Assembly: GCA_964595645.1 (NCBI GenBank)
Contig: CAZQQT010000001.1
Span: 224,001 to 288,000, forward strand
From: an uncultured Thermococci archaeon
Lineage (GTDB): Archaea > Methanobacteriota_B > Thermococci > Methanofastidiosales > B48-G16
Length of the DNA: 64,000 nt
Direction of reading: 5' to 3'
The position numbers and the translations under genes were made by a program. The notes under the pieces were generated by a model. It saw only the letters and a list, made by a program, of their open reading frames with translations, was not told the DNA's origin and ran no database searches. Positions 49,198 through 57,987 of the stretch are shown piece by piece; the stretch's first letter is position 1, and the number at the start of each line of letters is the position of its first letter.

Positions 49198-50538
49198 ATG
49201 AAATCAAAAATGTGCTTCACAGTACTCCTATCTGTATTATTGATTTCTACCTATATAAATGTAACTTTTGGAGAGACGGACGCTCCTCACGTGGATCTGC
49301 CGCCACGAGGGTACGCTTCGTTCGGGGAGGAATATATTATCCCCGTGACTCTCAAAAATGATACCGGAGGAGATATTTGGAAGTGTAAGGTAGCGATTGA
49401 TACCGAGACGCCTCCAGAGGATCTTCCCTACGAGATAGTGAAGGGCGAGGCAGAAACCACAGACATCCCGGAATTGAAGGGAAAGTTCGAAGAAGGTGTA
49501 GAGGTCACCCTCGATCTCATTATCAAATTTAAAACAGCCGCTTCTGCAGGTGATTATACCATCCCTATTCTTGTCACAGGATTTAAAACAGCATGTCAAC
49601 GAGAAGGCGAGTATTGTCAGCCGTTACGACCCAAAAAAGACGAAATGAAGGTTACCCTCATTATACGAAAACCGATCCTCTTAATTGATCTTGAAAATGA
49701 GTTCAGTGTGCGAGAAGGAGACACACTGGAAATACCATTTACCGTACGAAACGTGGGTACGGCAACTGCCTCGAAACTTTCCGTGACCTACCATATGGAC
49801 GATGCACTACTGGGGAACATTGAAACCCCCGAGATGCCAAAAGATGCGAATGCCAGCGAAGAGATTGATACGAAACTGCACCTCGATACCACAGGAATAT
49901 CCTATGGAGTGTACCCGTTAACCGTACAGGCGGCATACTTCGATCTCAAAGATACAAGAAAAACAGTGGAGAAAGAAACGACCATTCACATTCTGGGACC
50001 CAGTGAAGAGGAAATCTATCAAAAAAAGCTCGAGAATGCGAAAACGGTCGAGAACGAAGCAAGGAACCTTCTGACCAACGATGAGTTTAATAAAGCATTG
50101 AAAAAGTATAAAGAAGCCAAAACGCTCTATGAAGAGCTGGAAATCTCCACAAAGGTCAACGAGATGGATTCTAATATAACACTGATAAATCAGACCCTTT
50201 TGAAAATAGAAAAGGACACGGCGGAGGCCGATCAGCTCTTTCAAGAAGGAGAACAGTATATGCAGAACGAAAACTACTCTGCTGCATTAGAAAAAATAAA
50301 TAAAGCAAAGATAATATATACACGTCTATTTAATTTAACAAAAGATAACGAAACGTATAAAACACTGTATGAGACTCACATCAGTGAGTGCGAGGAAAAA
50401 ATACAACTATCAGAAGACAAAATTGAGGAAAGTACCAACCCAATTGAGGTACCAGAACCAAAGGTTGCCTTTGTTGCGGCGATTGTACTGCTCCTTGCAG
50501 CATTGGTATTCGGCGTTGTGCTTATGAGAAGAGAGTAA
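49198..50538 (+). CDS. Membrane-anchored Ig-like (CARDB/COG1361-like) plus TPR-like helical protein
   Basis: Signal peptide, IPVTLKN, IPFTVRNVG, GVYPLTV, helical repeats (ADQLFQEGEQYMQNENYSAALE), C-terminal TM. Confidence 0.75.
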   Translation: MKSKMCFTVLLSVLLISTYINVTFGETDAPHVDLPPRGYASFGEEYIIPVTLKNDTGGDIWKCKVAIDTETPPEDLPYEIVKGEAETTDIPELKGKFEEGVEVTLDLIIKFKTAASAGDYTIPILVTGFKTACQREGEYCQPLRPKKDEMKVTLIIRKPILLIDLENEFSVREGDTLEIPFTVRNVGTATASKLSVTYHMDDALLGNIETPEMPKDANASEEIDTKLHLDTTGISYGVYPLTVQAAYFDLKDTRKTVEKETTIHILGPSEEEIYQKKLENAKTVENEARNLLTNDEFNKALKKYKEAKTLYEELEISTKVNEMDSNITLINQTLLKIEKDTAEADQLFQEGEQYMQNENYSAALEKINKAKIIYTRLFNLTKDNETYKTLYETHISECEEKIQLSEDKIEESTNPIEVPEPKVAFVAAIVLLLAALVFGVVLMRRE

Positions 50539-50549
50539 AAGGTGAGATA

Positions 50550-51644
50550 ATGAAGAAAAAACTTGTATTACTACTAATAGTGCTAATAGGAACACCGTGG
50601 CTACGAGGCTACGACAACGTAACGCTGGACTATGAGTATCCTTCGCAGGTGCTCGTAGGTGAGACTGTAGAGATCACCGTTACCCTTACCAATACTGCAG
50701 GAGACAATGTCTGGGGCAGTAAGGTCAGTATTAACAAGGAGGGAATCTCTGAGAAGGCACTTCCCTACATTGATTTCGTGCAGGACGAAGCGAAGTTCAA
50801 AGCACCCATACGCTACAAAATGAATGATGAAATACAGACGGATCAGGTAACCTTAAAATTCCGGTATACGGAGGGAATCCGAGGAGGAACGTACACCATT
50901 CCCATCGTATTTTCTGGAAGGATCGGTCCGTGCAAGGAGGGGTGTGTCCCTCTTCCAACACAGGAAAAGAAGATACGGATATCAGCTATCGTGCCAAAAC
51001 CTCGTCTTACTTTCAACGTGAACAAACGGATCGAGACGTCAACAGATACGGCGGAAGTCCCCTTCATTTTAAAGAATACGGGGACAGGTAAGGCAAAGAA
51101 TATCGTGCTTACCACGAGCCCTCCAGACATTCCATCTGAGGTTGAGCTCGAGGGCAAAGAGCTGGCACCCAGTGCCGAGCTGCAAGGCACTATCGTTTTC
51201 GATACATCCGAGGTTTCTTCGGGAGTCTACACACTCAATATCGACCTGACCTATACTGATGACAACCTCAATAACTCGCAGACTCAAGCCACCGTTGATC
51301 TCGTGGTCAACAAACACAACACATCCCCGACGACTACCACCCCGCCCTCAACAGCAGCACCGAAGGGCGACACGTACTACGAGCAGGGGATGCAGTATCT
51401 CTCAGAAAAAGCGTATACAAAGGCTATACAGTCTTTTATAGAGGCGAAAGTCCAATATTTGGAGGTGGGTGATACAGAAAAAGCATTAGAGTGCGAGGCA
51501 AAGATAAACGGCACCCTCACATCGATCACAGCAGAAAAAGAAGAAAATATGGATGACTACTCGTTAATTATAGGGACGCTCGCCGGCTCGGCGCTGAGCG
51601 GAATGGCACTCATTGGATGGCTCTACAACAGAAAGATCATTTAA
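50550..51644 (+). CDS. Membrane-anchored Ig-like (CARDB) plus TPR-like protein, paralogue of the upstream gene
   Basis: Signal peptide, ITVTLTN, FILKNTGTGKA, GDTYYEQGMQYLSEKAYTKA, C-terminal TM. Confidence 0.75.
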   Translation: MKKKLVLLLIVLIGTPWLRGYDNVTLDYEYPSQVLVGETVEITVTLTNTAGDNVWGSKVSINKEGISEKALPYIDFVQDEAKFKAPIRYKMNDEIQTDQVTLKFRYTEGIRGGTYTIPIVFSGRIGPCKEGCVPLPTQEKKIRISAIVPKPRLTFNVNKRIETSTDTAEVPFILKNTGTGKAKNIVLTTSPPDIPSEVELEGKELAPSAELQGTIVFDTSEVSSGVYTLNIDLTYTDDNLNNSQTQATVDLVVNKHNTSPTTTTPPSTAAPKGDTYYEQGMQYLSEKAYTKAIQSFIEAKVQYLEVGDTEKALECEAKINGTLTSITAEKEENMDDYSLIIGTLAGSALSGMALIGWLYNRKII

Positions 51645-52687
51645 AGGTGTAGGAGATCGTCGCTCTCCAGTGTTTTTGCGAGGAGCACTGCTGCATTCTC
51701 CACATCCCGTATGTCCACACACTCAACGGTGGAGTGAACGAACCGGGTGGGTATCGAGAGGGTTGTGGAGATCACTCCCTCCTTGGTGAGGTGAATCGTT
51801 CCTGCATCCGTTCCTCCCCTGGTGAGAATGTTTCTCTGTACGGGAATCTCGTGCTCTTCGGCGATTTTCTCTAAAAATGCGTTGAGTTTTCTATGACCGA
51901 TCACCGTTCTATCCATAATGGTGACTGCAGGACCCTTCCCCAGTTTTGTTACTACCTTATGATCCTCTACATCCGGTATATCCATCGCGAGTGTCACATC
52001 CACTGCGATAGCGAGATCCGGGGTGATTTTATATCCAGAGACCTTGGCTCCTCGGAGTCCCACTTCCTCCTGTGTTGTCGCGACGAAGTACGTATCATAC
52101 GCAGGCTCTTCCAGCCGTTTCATCGTTTCCAGTAGCGTGAACACACCGATTCTGTCATCCATTGATTTGCACGTGTACTTGTTCTCTCCGAGCTTCTTTA
52201 GATCTTCATCATAGGTGATAATCGTCCCAATCTCGATTCCTTTTTCCAGGACATCATCTTTACTTTCTGCACCGATATCGACAAAAATGTCCTCGATCTC
52301 CGGTTCTTTCTTCTTTTTATCCTTCTCATCTTTCTTTTTTGCATGAGGAGGTAGTACACCCATCACTCCAGGATATTTTTTGTCTCCGTGGACAGTAACC
52401 CTCCTGCTGAGGAGCGTTTTCACGTTGATTCCTCCCACAGGCGAAATGTAGATGAACCCGTTGTCGTCAATATGGCTGACAACGAATCCGATCTCATCCA
52501 TATGGGCGGCGAGCATTACCTTCCCTTCGCCCTTTCCTCTCTTCAGGCCGATAACGTTCCCCAGTGTGTCTCGCTCCACGGTGTCCGCGTACTTCTCCAT
52601 CTCGGACCGAATGATCGCGGCGACCTCGTCTTCGTAGCCGGACACACCGGTAGCCTCTACTAATTTCCCTAGAAGTTCAATATCCAT
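51641..52687 (-). CDS. M42 (TET) aminopeptidase A
   Basis: AAHMDEIG, MDDRIG, QEEVGLRGA, AVDV, GTDAG, RFVHS. Confidence 0.93.
   Translation of the reverse strand: MDIELLGKLVEATGVSGYEDEVAAIIRSEMEKYADTVERDTLGNVIGLKRGKGEGKVMLAAHMDEIGFVVSHIDDNGFIYISPVGGINVKTLLSRRVTVHGDKKYPGVMGVLPPHAKKKDEKDKKKKEPEIEDIFVDIGAESKDDVLEKGIEIGTIITYDEDLKKLGENKYTCKSMDDRIGVFTLLETMKRLEEPAYDTYFVATTQEEVGLRGAKVSGYKITPDLAIAVDVTLAMDIPDVEDHKVVTKLGKGPAVTIMDRTVIGHRKLNAFLEKIAEEHEIPVQRNILTRGGTDAGTIHLTKEGVISTTLSIPTRFVHSTVECVDIRDVENAAVLLAKTLESDDLLHL
52488..52641. repeat. 154-bp perfect direct repeat, copy 1 (copy 2 at 54513-54666)
   Basis: Base-by-base identity from CCGATCTCATCC to TCGTAGCCGG in TET A and TET C. Confidence 0.93.
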
Positions 52688-53690
52688 AAAAATCACCTTT
52701 TTTTGACTCTATTCTCTTTAAAATGTTATATACAAGTTTTTTCATATTGGTATAATCGTGTACGTTCCCGATGGATACGGGAGCATGAATGTAGCGGGTG
52801 GGCAAGGATATGACACCGGAAGGAATTCCCTCCTTCGTGAGGTGAATGGCACCCGCATCTGTCCCACCTGCAAAGGGGCGTTTTATCTGGTACGGGATCT
52901 CACTCTCCTTGGCTGTCGCTTTAAAGAATTTTACAAGAGCTGGATCACAGATAATGGATCTATCGGCAAAGGTGATCACCGGTCCCTCGCCGTACTTGGG
53001 AATCTGGAGCGTCTTTTTCACATCGGGAGTATCACTGGCAAAGGTCCCCTCGAGCACAATACAGACATCGGGCTCGATATCGTGGGCTACTACTCGTGCG
53101 CCCCGGAGTCCTACCTCTTCCTGCACGGTGAACGCACCGTAAAATGAGAATGAAAAGTCCTCTTGGAGCATATCGAGGATAATACTGCATCCTACCCTAT
53201 CATCAAATGCCTTCCCGGTGAACCGTTCATTCGTTTTATTGAATCGGGTGTCAAAGTAGATGGGATCACCGTTCTCCACTATCTTTTCCGCGTCCTCTTT
53301 GTCGTTGGCACCGATATCTATGTACAGATCATCAGATTTTACTACCCTTTTTCGTTCCTTTTTCTCCAAAAGATGAACAGCTTTGCTCCCTATGACTCCA
53401 TTTACTTTCTCCTTTCCTATTACCACACGTTTTGACATGAGTACTCTGTCATCGATCCCTCCAGCTTTCTTGAAGAGAATATATCCGTCTTCATCGATAT
53501 CTCTCACAATGAGTCCGACCTCATCCATATGAGCGGCGAGCATCACCGTCAGGTCGCTCCCTTCTTTGTACGATATCAGGTTTCCAAGCACATCCGTCCG
53601 GTATGACGGCAGATGCGGTTTGATGAGATCTCTCACTTCGTCCTCGAACCCTGGGATCCCATGGGCATTGGAGAGTTCCTCTAAAAGCAT
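52677..53690 (-). CDS. M42 (TET) aminopeptidase B
   Basis: AAHMDEVG, AFDDRVG, QEEVGLRGA, LEGT, GTDAG, RYIHA; start reset to ATG 53690. Confidence 0.93.
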   Translation of the reverse strand: MLLEELSNAHGIPGFEDEVRDLIKPHLPSYRTDVLGNLISYKEGSDLTVMLAAHMDEVGLIVRDIDEDGYILFKKAGGIDDRVLMSKRVVIGKEKVNGVIGSKAVHLLEKKERKRVVKSDDLYIDIGANDKEDAEKIVENGDPIYFDTRFNKTNERFTGKAFDDRVGCSIILDMLQEDFSFSFYGAFTVQEEVGLRGARVVAHDIEPDVCIVLEGTFASDTPDVKKTLQIPKYGEGPVITFADRSIICDPALVKFFKATAKESEIPYQIKRPFAGGTDAGAIHLTKEGIPSGVISLPTRYIHAPVSIGNVHDYTNMKKLVYNILKRIESKKGDFYGY

Positions 53691-54700
53691 GATAATCCCT
53701 CCAGTACAGTCGTATCCAGCGAGGAGATACACACAGAGAGTAATTTCACACAGTTCTCTACATCCTTCAAATCTGCTGTCTCTACGGATGTATGCATGTA
53801 CCGCAGGGGGATGGACACAACGCCTGTGGCAATCCCGCTCTTCACTATCTGAAGTGATACGGCATCGGTACCGCTCATTCCCGGCAGTACCTCCACTTGG
53901 TATGGAATTTCTTCTTTTTTTGCCGTATTCTTGATCATTTTGAATACCTTGGGACTGATATTTGGCCCCATACCGATACATGGACCTTTTCCAAGATTGT
54001 AGGTGTTCTTCTTCGCATTCTTGGAACGTCCGTGGGCGACATCAAGAGCGATGGCAATATCTGGAAAAATCTTGTACCCAGAAACAGTCGCACCCCGCGC
54101 CCCAACTTCCTCCTGTGTTGTCGCGACGAAGTACGCGTCACAAGGAGGGGATTTCAGTTGTTTCATCGTTTCCAGCAGCGTATAGACGCAGATCCTATTG
54201 TCAAGAGCCTTCCCCGTGACACGATCATGTGCGAGTTTCGTGAAGTGTGTGTGTATTGTGGCACGATCTCCCACTGTAATACGAGATGTGGTCGTCTCTT
54301 CAGGGAGACCAAGATCGATCACGAGATCCTCCATGGTTATCGCTTTTTTTCTCTCTTCTTTTTTCTGTATGTGGGGCGGTTTTGCACCAATCACACCGCG
54401 GTACTTTCCTTCATCAGTGACCACAGTGACTTCCTGTCCAAGGAGTATCCTGGGATCAACCCCACCCATGGGTGCAAAGCGAAGAAATTTCCCTACATGG
54501 GTAATTACAAACCCGATCTCATCCATATGGGCGGCGAGCATTACCTTCCCTTCGCCCTTTCCTCTCTTCAGGCCGATAACGTTCCCCAGTGTGTCTCGCT
54601 CCACGGTGTCCGCGTACTTCTCCATCTCGGACCGAATGATCGCGGCGACCTCGTCTTCGTAGCCGGGAACTCCTATGGTATTTGAGAGCTGTTCTAACAT
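53681..54700 (-). CDS. M42 (TET) aminopeptidase C
   Basis: AAHMDEIG, ALDNR, QEEVG, ALDV, GTDA, RYMHT. Confidence 0.93.
   Translation of the reverse strand: MLEQLSNTIGVPGYEDEVAAIIRSEMEKYADTVERDTLGNVIGLKRGKGEGKVMLAAHMDEIGFVITHVGKFLRFAPMGGVDPRILLGQEVTVVTDEGKYRGVIGAKPPHIQKKEERKKAITMEDLVIDLGLPEETTTSRITVGDRATIHTHFTKLAHDRVTGKALDNRICVYTLLETMKQLKSPPCDAYFVATTQEEVGARGATVSGYKIFPDIAIALDVAHGRSKNAKKNTYNLGKGPCIGMGPNISPKVFKMIKNTAKKEEIPYQVEVLPGMSGTDAVSLQIVKSGIATGVVSIPLRYMHTSVETADLKDVENCVKLLSVCISSLDTTVLEGLSCF
54513..54666. repeat. 154-bp perfect direct repeat, copy 2
   Basis: Identical to 52488-52641. Confidence 0.93.
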
Positions 54701-54701
54701 C

Positions 54702-54932
54702 TCATTCACTGGAGATCATGGTCGATGTTACTTCAATATCGTCGATGCTTCGTATTTTGTCTACCACGAAGGTATCAAGTCGTTTGAGATCGTCGAGTTT
54801 CACCTTAGCAATGACGTCGTACTCACCATACACCACGTGGGCTTCCACTACTTCCTTCAGTTCCAGTAGTTTGTTCATTACAGCGTTTTCCTTTCCCGCA
54901 TGGGTCACACACAGGACGAATGCAACTACCAT
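54702..54932 (-). CDS. Stand-alone Lrp/AsnC ligand-binding (RAM) domain protein
   Basis: VVAFVL..EVVEAHVVYGEYDVIAKV..KIRSIDDIEVTSTMI. Confidence 0.9.
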   Translation of the reverse strand: MVVAFVLCVTHAGKENAVMNKLLELKEVVEAHVVYGEYDVIAKVKLDDLKRLDTFVVDKIRSIDDIEVTSTMISSE

Positions 54933-55033
54933 TGTATCACCACCATACACTACTTAATACTGTATTTAAAGCTTTCTATCGTCCCGAAAAAACTGTATGA
55001 CACTTATTTAAATCCTCCCATCTTATCCATTTC

Positions 55034-55210
55034 ATGGAAGAGGAACAGATCATTGAGCTCTTGAGAGAAAAGAGAAGAACGTATTTTGATCTAAAACGTG
55101 AGCTGGGAGTAGATTTCGGAAGGCTGGATTACTACCTTCTGAAACTGAAAGACAAGGAAAAAATACGGGCCGTGAGAGAGGGCGGAGAAGTGTACTACAC
55201 CCTGCGATAA
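55034..55210 (+). CDS. Small winged-helix DNA-binding protein (58 aa)
   Basis: Below ORF-track cutoff: MEEEQIIELLREKRRTYFDLKRELGVDFGRLDYYLLKLKDKEKIRAVREGGEVYYTLR; TATA TTATTTAAA about 25 nt upstream (leaderless). Confidence 0.7.
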   Translation: MEEEQIIELLREKRRTYFDLKRELGVDFGRLDYYLLKLKDKEKIRAVREGGEVYYTLR

Positions 55211-55240
55211 ACTATTTATTCATGAGATCTTACCTTTTTT

Positions 55241-56443
55241 ATGCATGTTGATACAATATTCACCGCATCGGAACTGGCAACACCATATAACAGGTTGTTG
55301 AAGGGCACCGAGATGCGTGAGATCACTGTGATCAAAGAGGGAGCCGTTGCCGTTGAGCATGGGACAATTGTAGACTTCGGAAAGGAATGTGAGATACGAT
55401 CCCGATATTCCGGCGAGATTATCGCCTTTGATGAGAAAACGATGCTTCCAGGATTTGTCGATCCCCATACTCACCTTGTGTTTTCTGGTACTCGGGAGGA
55501 CGAACTGGTCATGAAACTTCAGGGAAAATCGTACCTCGAAATTCTTGAAGAAGGAGGAGGCATCCAGTATACAGTAAAAAGAACGAAAAATGCATCAAAA
55601 TCTCGATTGAAAAAAGAAGCAAAAAAACGGCTGGATAGAATGCTGAAAAACGGGACGACCACTGTAGAGGCAAAGACTGGATACGGTCTCGATAGAGCGA
55701 GTGAGATAAAGTTGCTGGAGGTGTTGAACGAGCTGGATCATGAGATTGATGTACTTCCCACCTTCCTCGTTCATGCGGTACCGGAGGGATATAGTGAAGA
55801 GGAATATGTAGATGAGTGTATCGCAATGCTTGATGAGATAAGGGGGGTTGCGGAGTTCGTGGATATTTTCTGCGAAGAAGGCGTATTTTCTGTTCCCGAG
55901 TCTGAACGGTTCCTCTCAACTGCAAAGAGAAAGGGATTTAATCTGCGCATTCATGCAGATGAGATCGAGCAGACGGGTGGAGCAGAACTGGCTGCACGGC
56001 TCAATGCAAAAAGTGCCGATCATCTTTTAAAAGCGTCTGATAGGGGGCTGCGGCAGATGGCTGAGAACGATGTGGTGGCAACGCTTCTTCCCGGAACACC
56101 GTTCTCCCTTTTCACAACATTTCCAGACGCACGGAGAATGATAGATCTCGGGCTCCCTGTGGCACTGGCAACGGATCTCAACCCCAACTGCTACACAGAG
56201 TCACTGCAGTTCATCTTTGCCTTGGCGGTGTTCTCCATGAAAATGTTTCCCGAGGAGTGTCTCTCCTCAGTACGGAATGCTGCCTACTCTCTGGATAGAA
56301 ATCTTGGATGTATTGACACTGGAGTGGATGCCGATCTCGTGATAATGGATATGCCCACCTACAGGCATCTAGGATACCATTTCGGTGTGAACTTGGTGAG
56401 CACTGTAGTAAAAAATGGAGATATCGTATGGGAAAGTATTTAA
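55241..56443 (+). CDS. hutI: Imidazolonepropionase
   Basis: PGFVDPHTHLVF, GGGI, EAKTGYG, DIFCE, HADE, ATDLNP. Confidence 0.93.
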   Translation: MHVDTIFTASELATPYNRLLKGTEMREITVIKEGAVAVEHGTIVDFGKECEIRSRYSGEIIAFDEKTMLPGFVDPHTHLVFSGTREDELVMKLQGKSYLEILEEGGGIQYTVKRTKNASKSRLKKEAKKRLDRMLKNGTTTVEAKTGYGLDRASEIKLLEVLNELDHEIDVLPTFLVHAVPEGYSEEEYVDECIAMLDEIRGVAEFVDIFCEEGVFSVPESERFLSTAKRKGFNLRIHADEIEQTGGAELAARLNAKSADHLLKASDRGLRQMAENDVVATLLPGTPFSLFTTFPDARRMIDLGLPVALATDLNPNCYTESLQFIFALAVFSMKMFPEECLSSVRNAAYSLDRNLGCIDTGVDADLVIMDMPTYRHLGYHFGVNLVSTVVKNGDIVWESI

Positions 56444-56465
56444 ACGATAAGATCAAAATCAGTAT

Positions 56466-56684
56466 ATGCGCATCTCAGAGTATTATGGACGGGATATATA
56501 CAATAGCAAGGGGAACCATGTGGGAATTGTTAATGACGTGGTCCTCGACTTTAAAAAAGGAGAGGTCTTCGGTTTGGCCATCGGCCAGGAAAAGGGGGTA
56601 AAGAATATTGCAATACCGTTTAGGGATGTGCTCGCCATCGGAGACATCGTGATTGTGAAGGCACAGCAGAGAAGGAAAGAGTAA
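56466..56684 (+). CDS. PRC-barrel domain protein
   Basis: SEYYGRDIYNSKG..VNDVVLD..IPFRDVLAIGDIVIV. Confidence 0.88.
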   Translation: MRISEYYGRDIYNSKGNHVGIVNDVVLDFKKGEVFGLAIGQEKGVKNIAIPFRDVLAIGDIVIVKAQQRRKE

Positions 56685-57983
56685 CTACTTTGTCGCTGTC
56701 CGAACATCACTGAACCGTATTAACGGTGCGATGATTCCCGTCCCTCGTATCTGTTCTTCACCTACGGCATCTATTTTTTCTAACAGGTCATAGATGGTAC
56801 CAGAGATCATCAGGACACTCCCTCCAGTAACCTCTCCATTCTCTACTCGAAAGGCGGGGTTTCCCACCACGGAAAACTCACCTGACTCGGGATTTGAGGA
56901 GTGGGCACCCTGGAATCCTTTGATATAGTATCCCTCTTCAATGTCGAAGACACCGCCTCCACCCTCAGCAATAATAATATTGGTTGGACTTATTCCTACA
57001 GTCCCCTTTGTAGGGTTTCTGGAGCCGTTGCCCGTACTTTTCTCTCCTGCGATTTTTCCCCAATAGGTATTCCAAAGGAACTGTTTTAGGACACCCTTCT
57101 CAATCAGCGGTGTTCTTTCCGTAGGAACACCCTCGGAATCACATTTCATTGTTTTCATTCCGTTTGGGTAGAACGGATCGTCTTCTATAGTGAGATCTTT
57201 AGAAAATAGCTGAGCGCCCTTTTTCCCTGCGAGGAAGGACTTCTCCCTTACCACATTCTCTCCAAGCAGAGAAACAATCAGTGTGTGTCCGAGGAGATCC
57301 TCGAGGGCGTAGGGATGGAGTATAATGTTGCTCGGTCCGGATTCAGCTTTTTTTCTTTGTGTTGAGAGCTGTGCATCTCTTGCAGCGGGCTCTACTATCT
57401 CTTTCACGTTCAGATCCTTTTTTCTTGTGATATCGATTCCGAGACAACCGGGTGTGACTCCTTCCTTTGTTTTCGCAATGAGATGGGTGTATCCAGCCAA
57501 CCATGTGCCTCTCTCCGATACGTCGATCCCGTTGGTGGTTACACAGTGTTTCTCGGAGATCTCCCTTCGCACACTGCAGGAGGCAGGGGTAATGCCCTCC
57601 GGTGTCCGATCGATGATCTCCTGACATGTGTCGATAACTTCCTCCACGGTCATTTTCTCTATTCCAGCATCGTACTCTTCTATCTCATGATATTTTCCGC
57701 GTCCTGGAAGTCCATGCCATCTTTTATCTTTTATATTTGCCTTTGCGGAGGAGTATACTTGCTTCACAGTGTCTTTAATGAATCTAGGATCGTTTGTGAA
57801 TCCAAATCCTACCTGTGTATCTACAACGCCCCGGACGAATATGTTCGTATGGGCCACCCGTGTCGTTTTGGAGATCTCTCCCAGTTCTGCTTCCACGTCA
57901 ATCATATCGTTCTGGTGAAGGAATACCTCCAGTTCGTCCAGCCCAAGTGTTTCACCGTAGGATAACACACGTGAAATTTCCAT
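56685..57983 (-). CDS. pmbA: TldE/PmbA family protein
   Basis: DSEGVPT, LIEKGVL, STGNG, NPESGEFS; follows tldD; start reset to ATG 57983. Confidence 0.88.
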   Translation of the reverse strand: MEISRVLSYGETLGLDELEVFLHQNDMIDVEAELGEISKTTRVAHTNIFVRGVVDTQVGFGFTNDPRFIKDTVKQVYSSAKANIKDKRWHGLPGRGKYHEIEEYDAGIEKMTVEEVIDTCQEIIDRTPEGITPASCSVRREISEKHCVTTNGIDVSERGTWLAGYTHLIAKTKEGVTPGCLGIDITRKKDLNVKEIVEPAARDAQLSTQRKKAESGPSNIILHPYALEDLLGHTLIVSLLGENVVREKSFLAGKKGAQLFSKDLTIEDDPFYPNGMKTMKCDSEGVPTERTPLIEKGVLKQFLWNTYWGKIAGEKSTGNGSRNPTKGTVGISPTNIIIAEGGGGVFDIEEGYYIKGFQGAHSSNPESGEFSVVGNPAFRVENGEVTGGSVLMISGTIYDLLEKIDAVGEEQIRGTGIIAPLIRFSDVRTATK

Positions 57984-57987
57984 TTGA

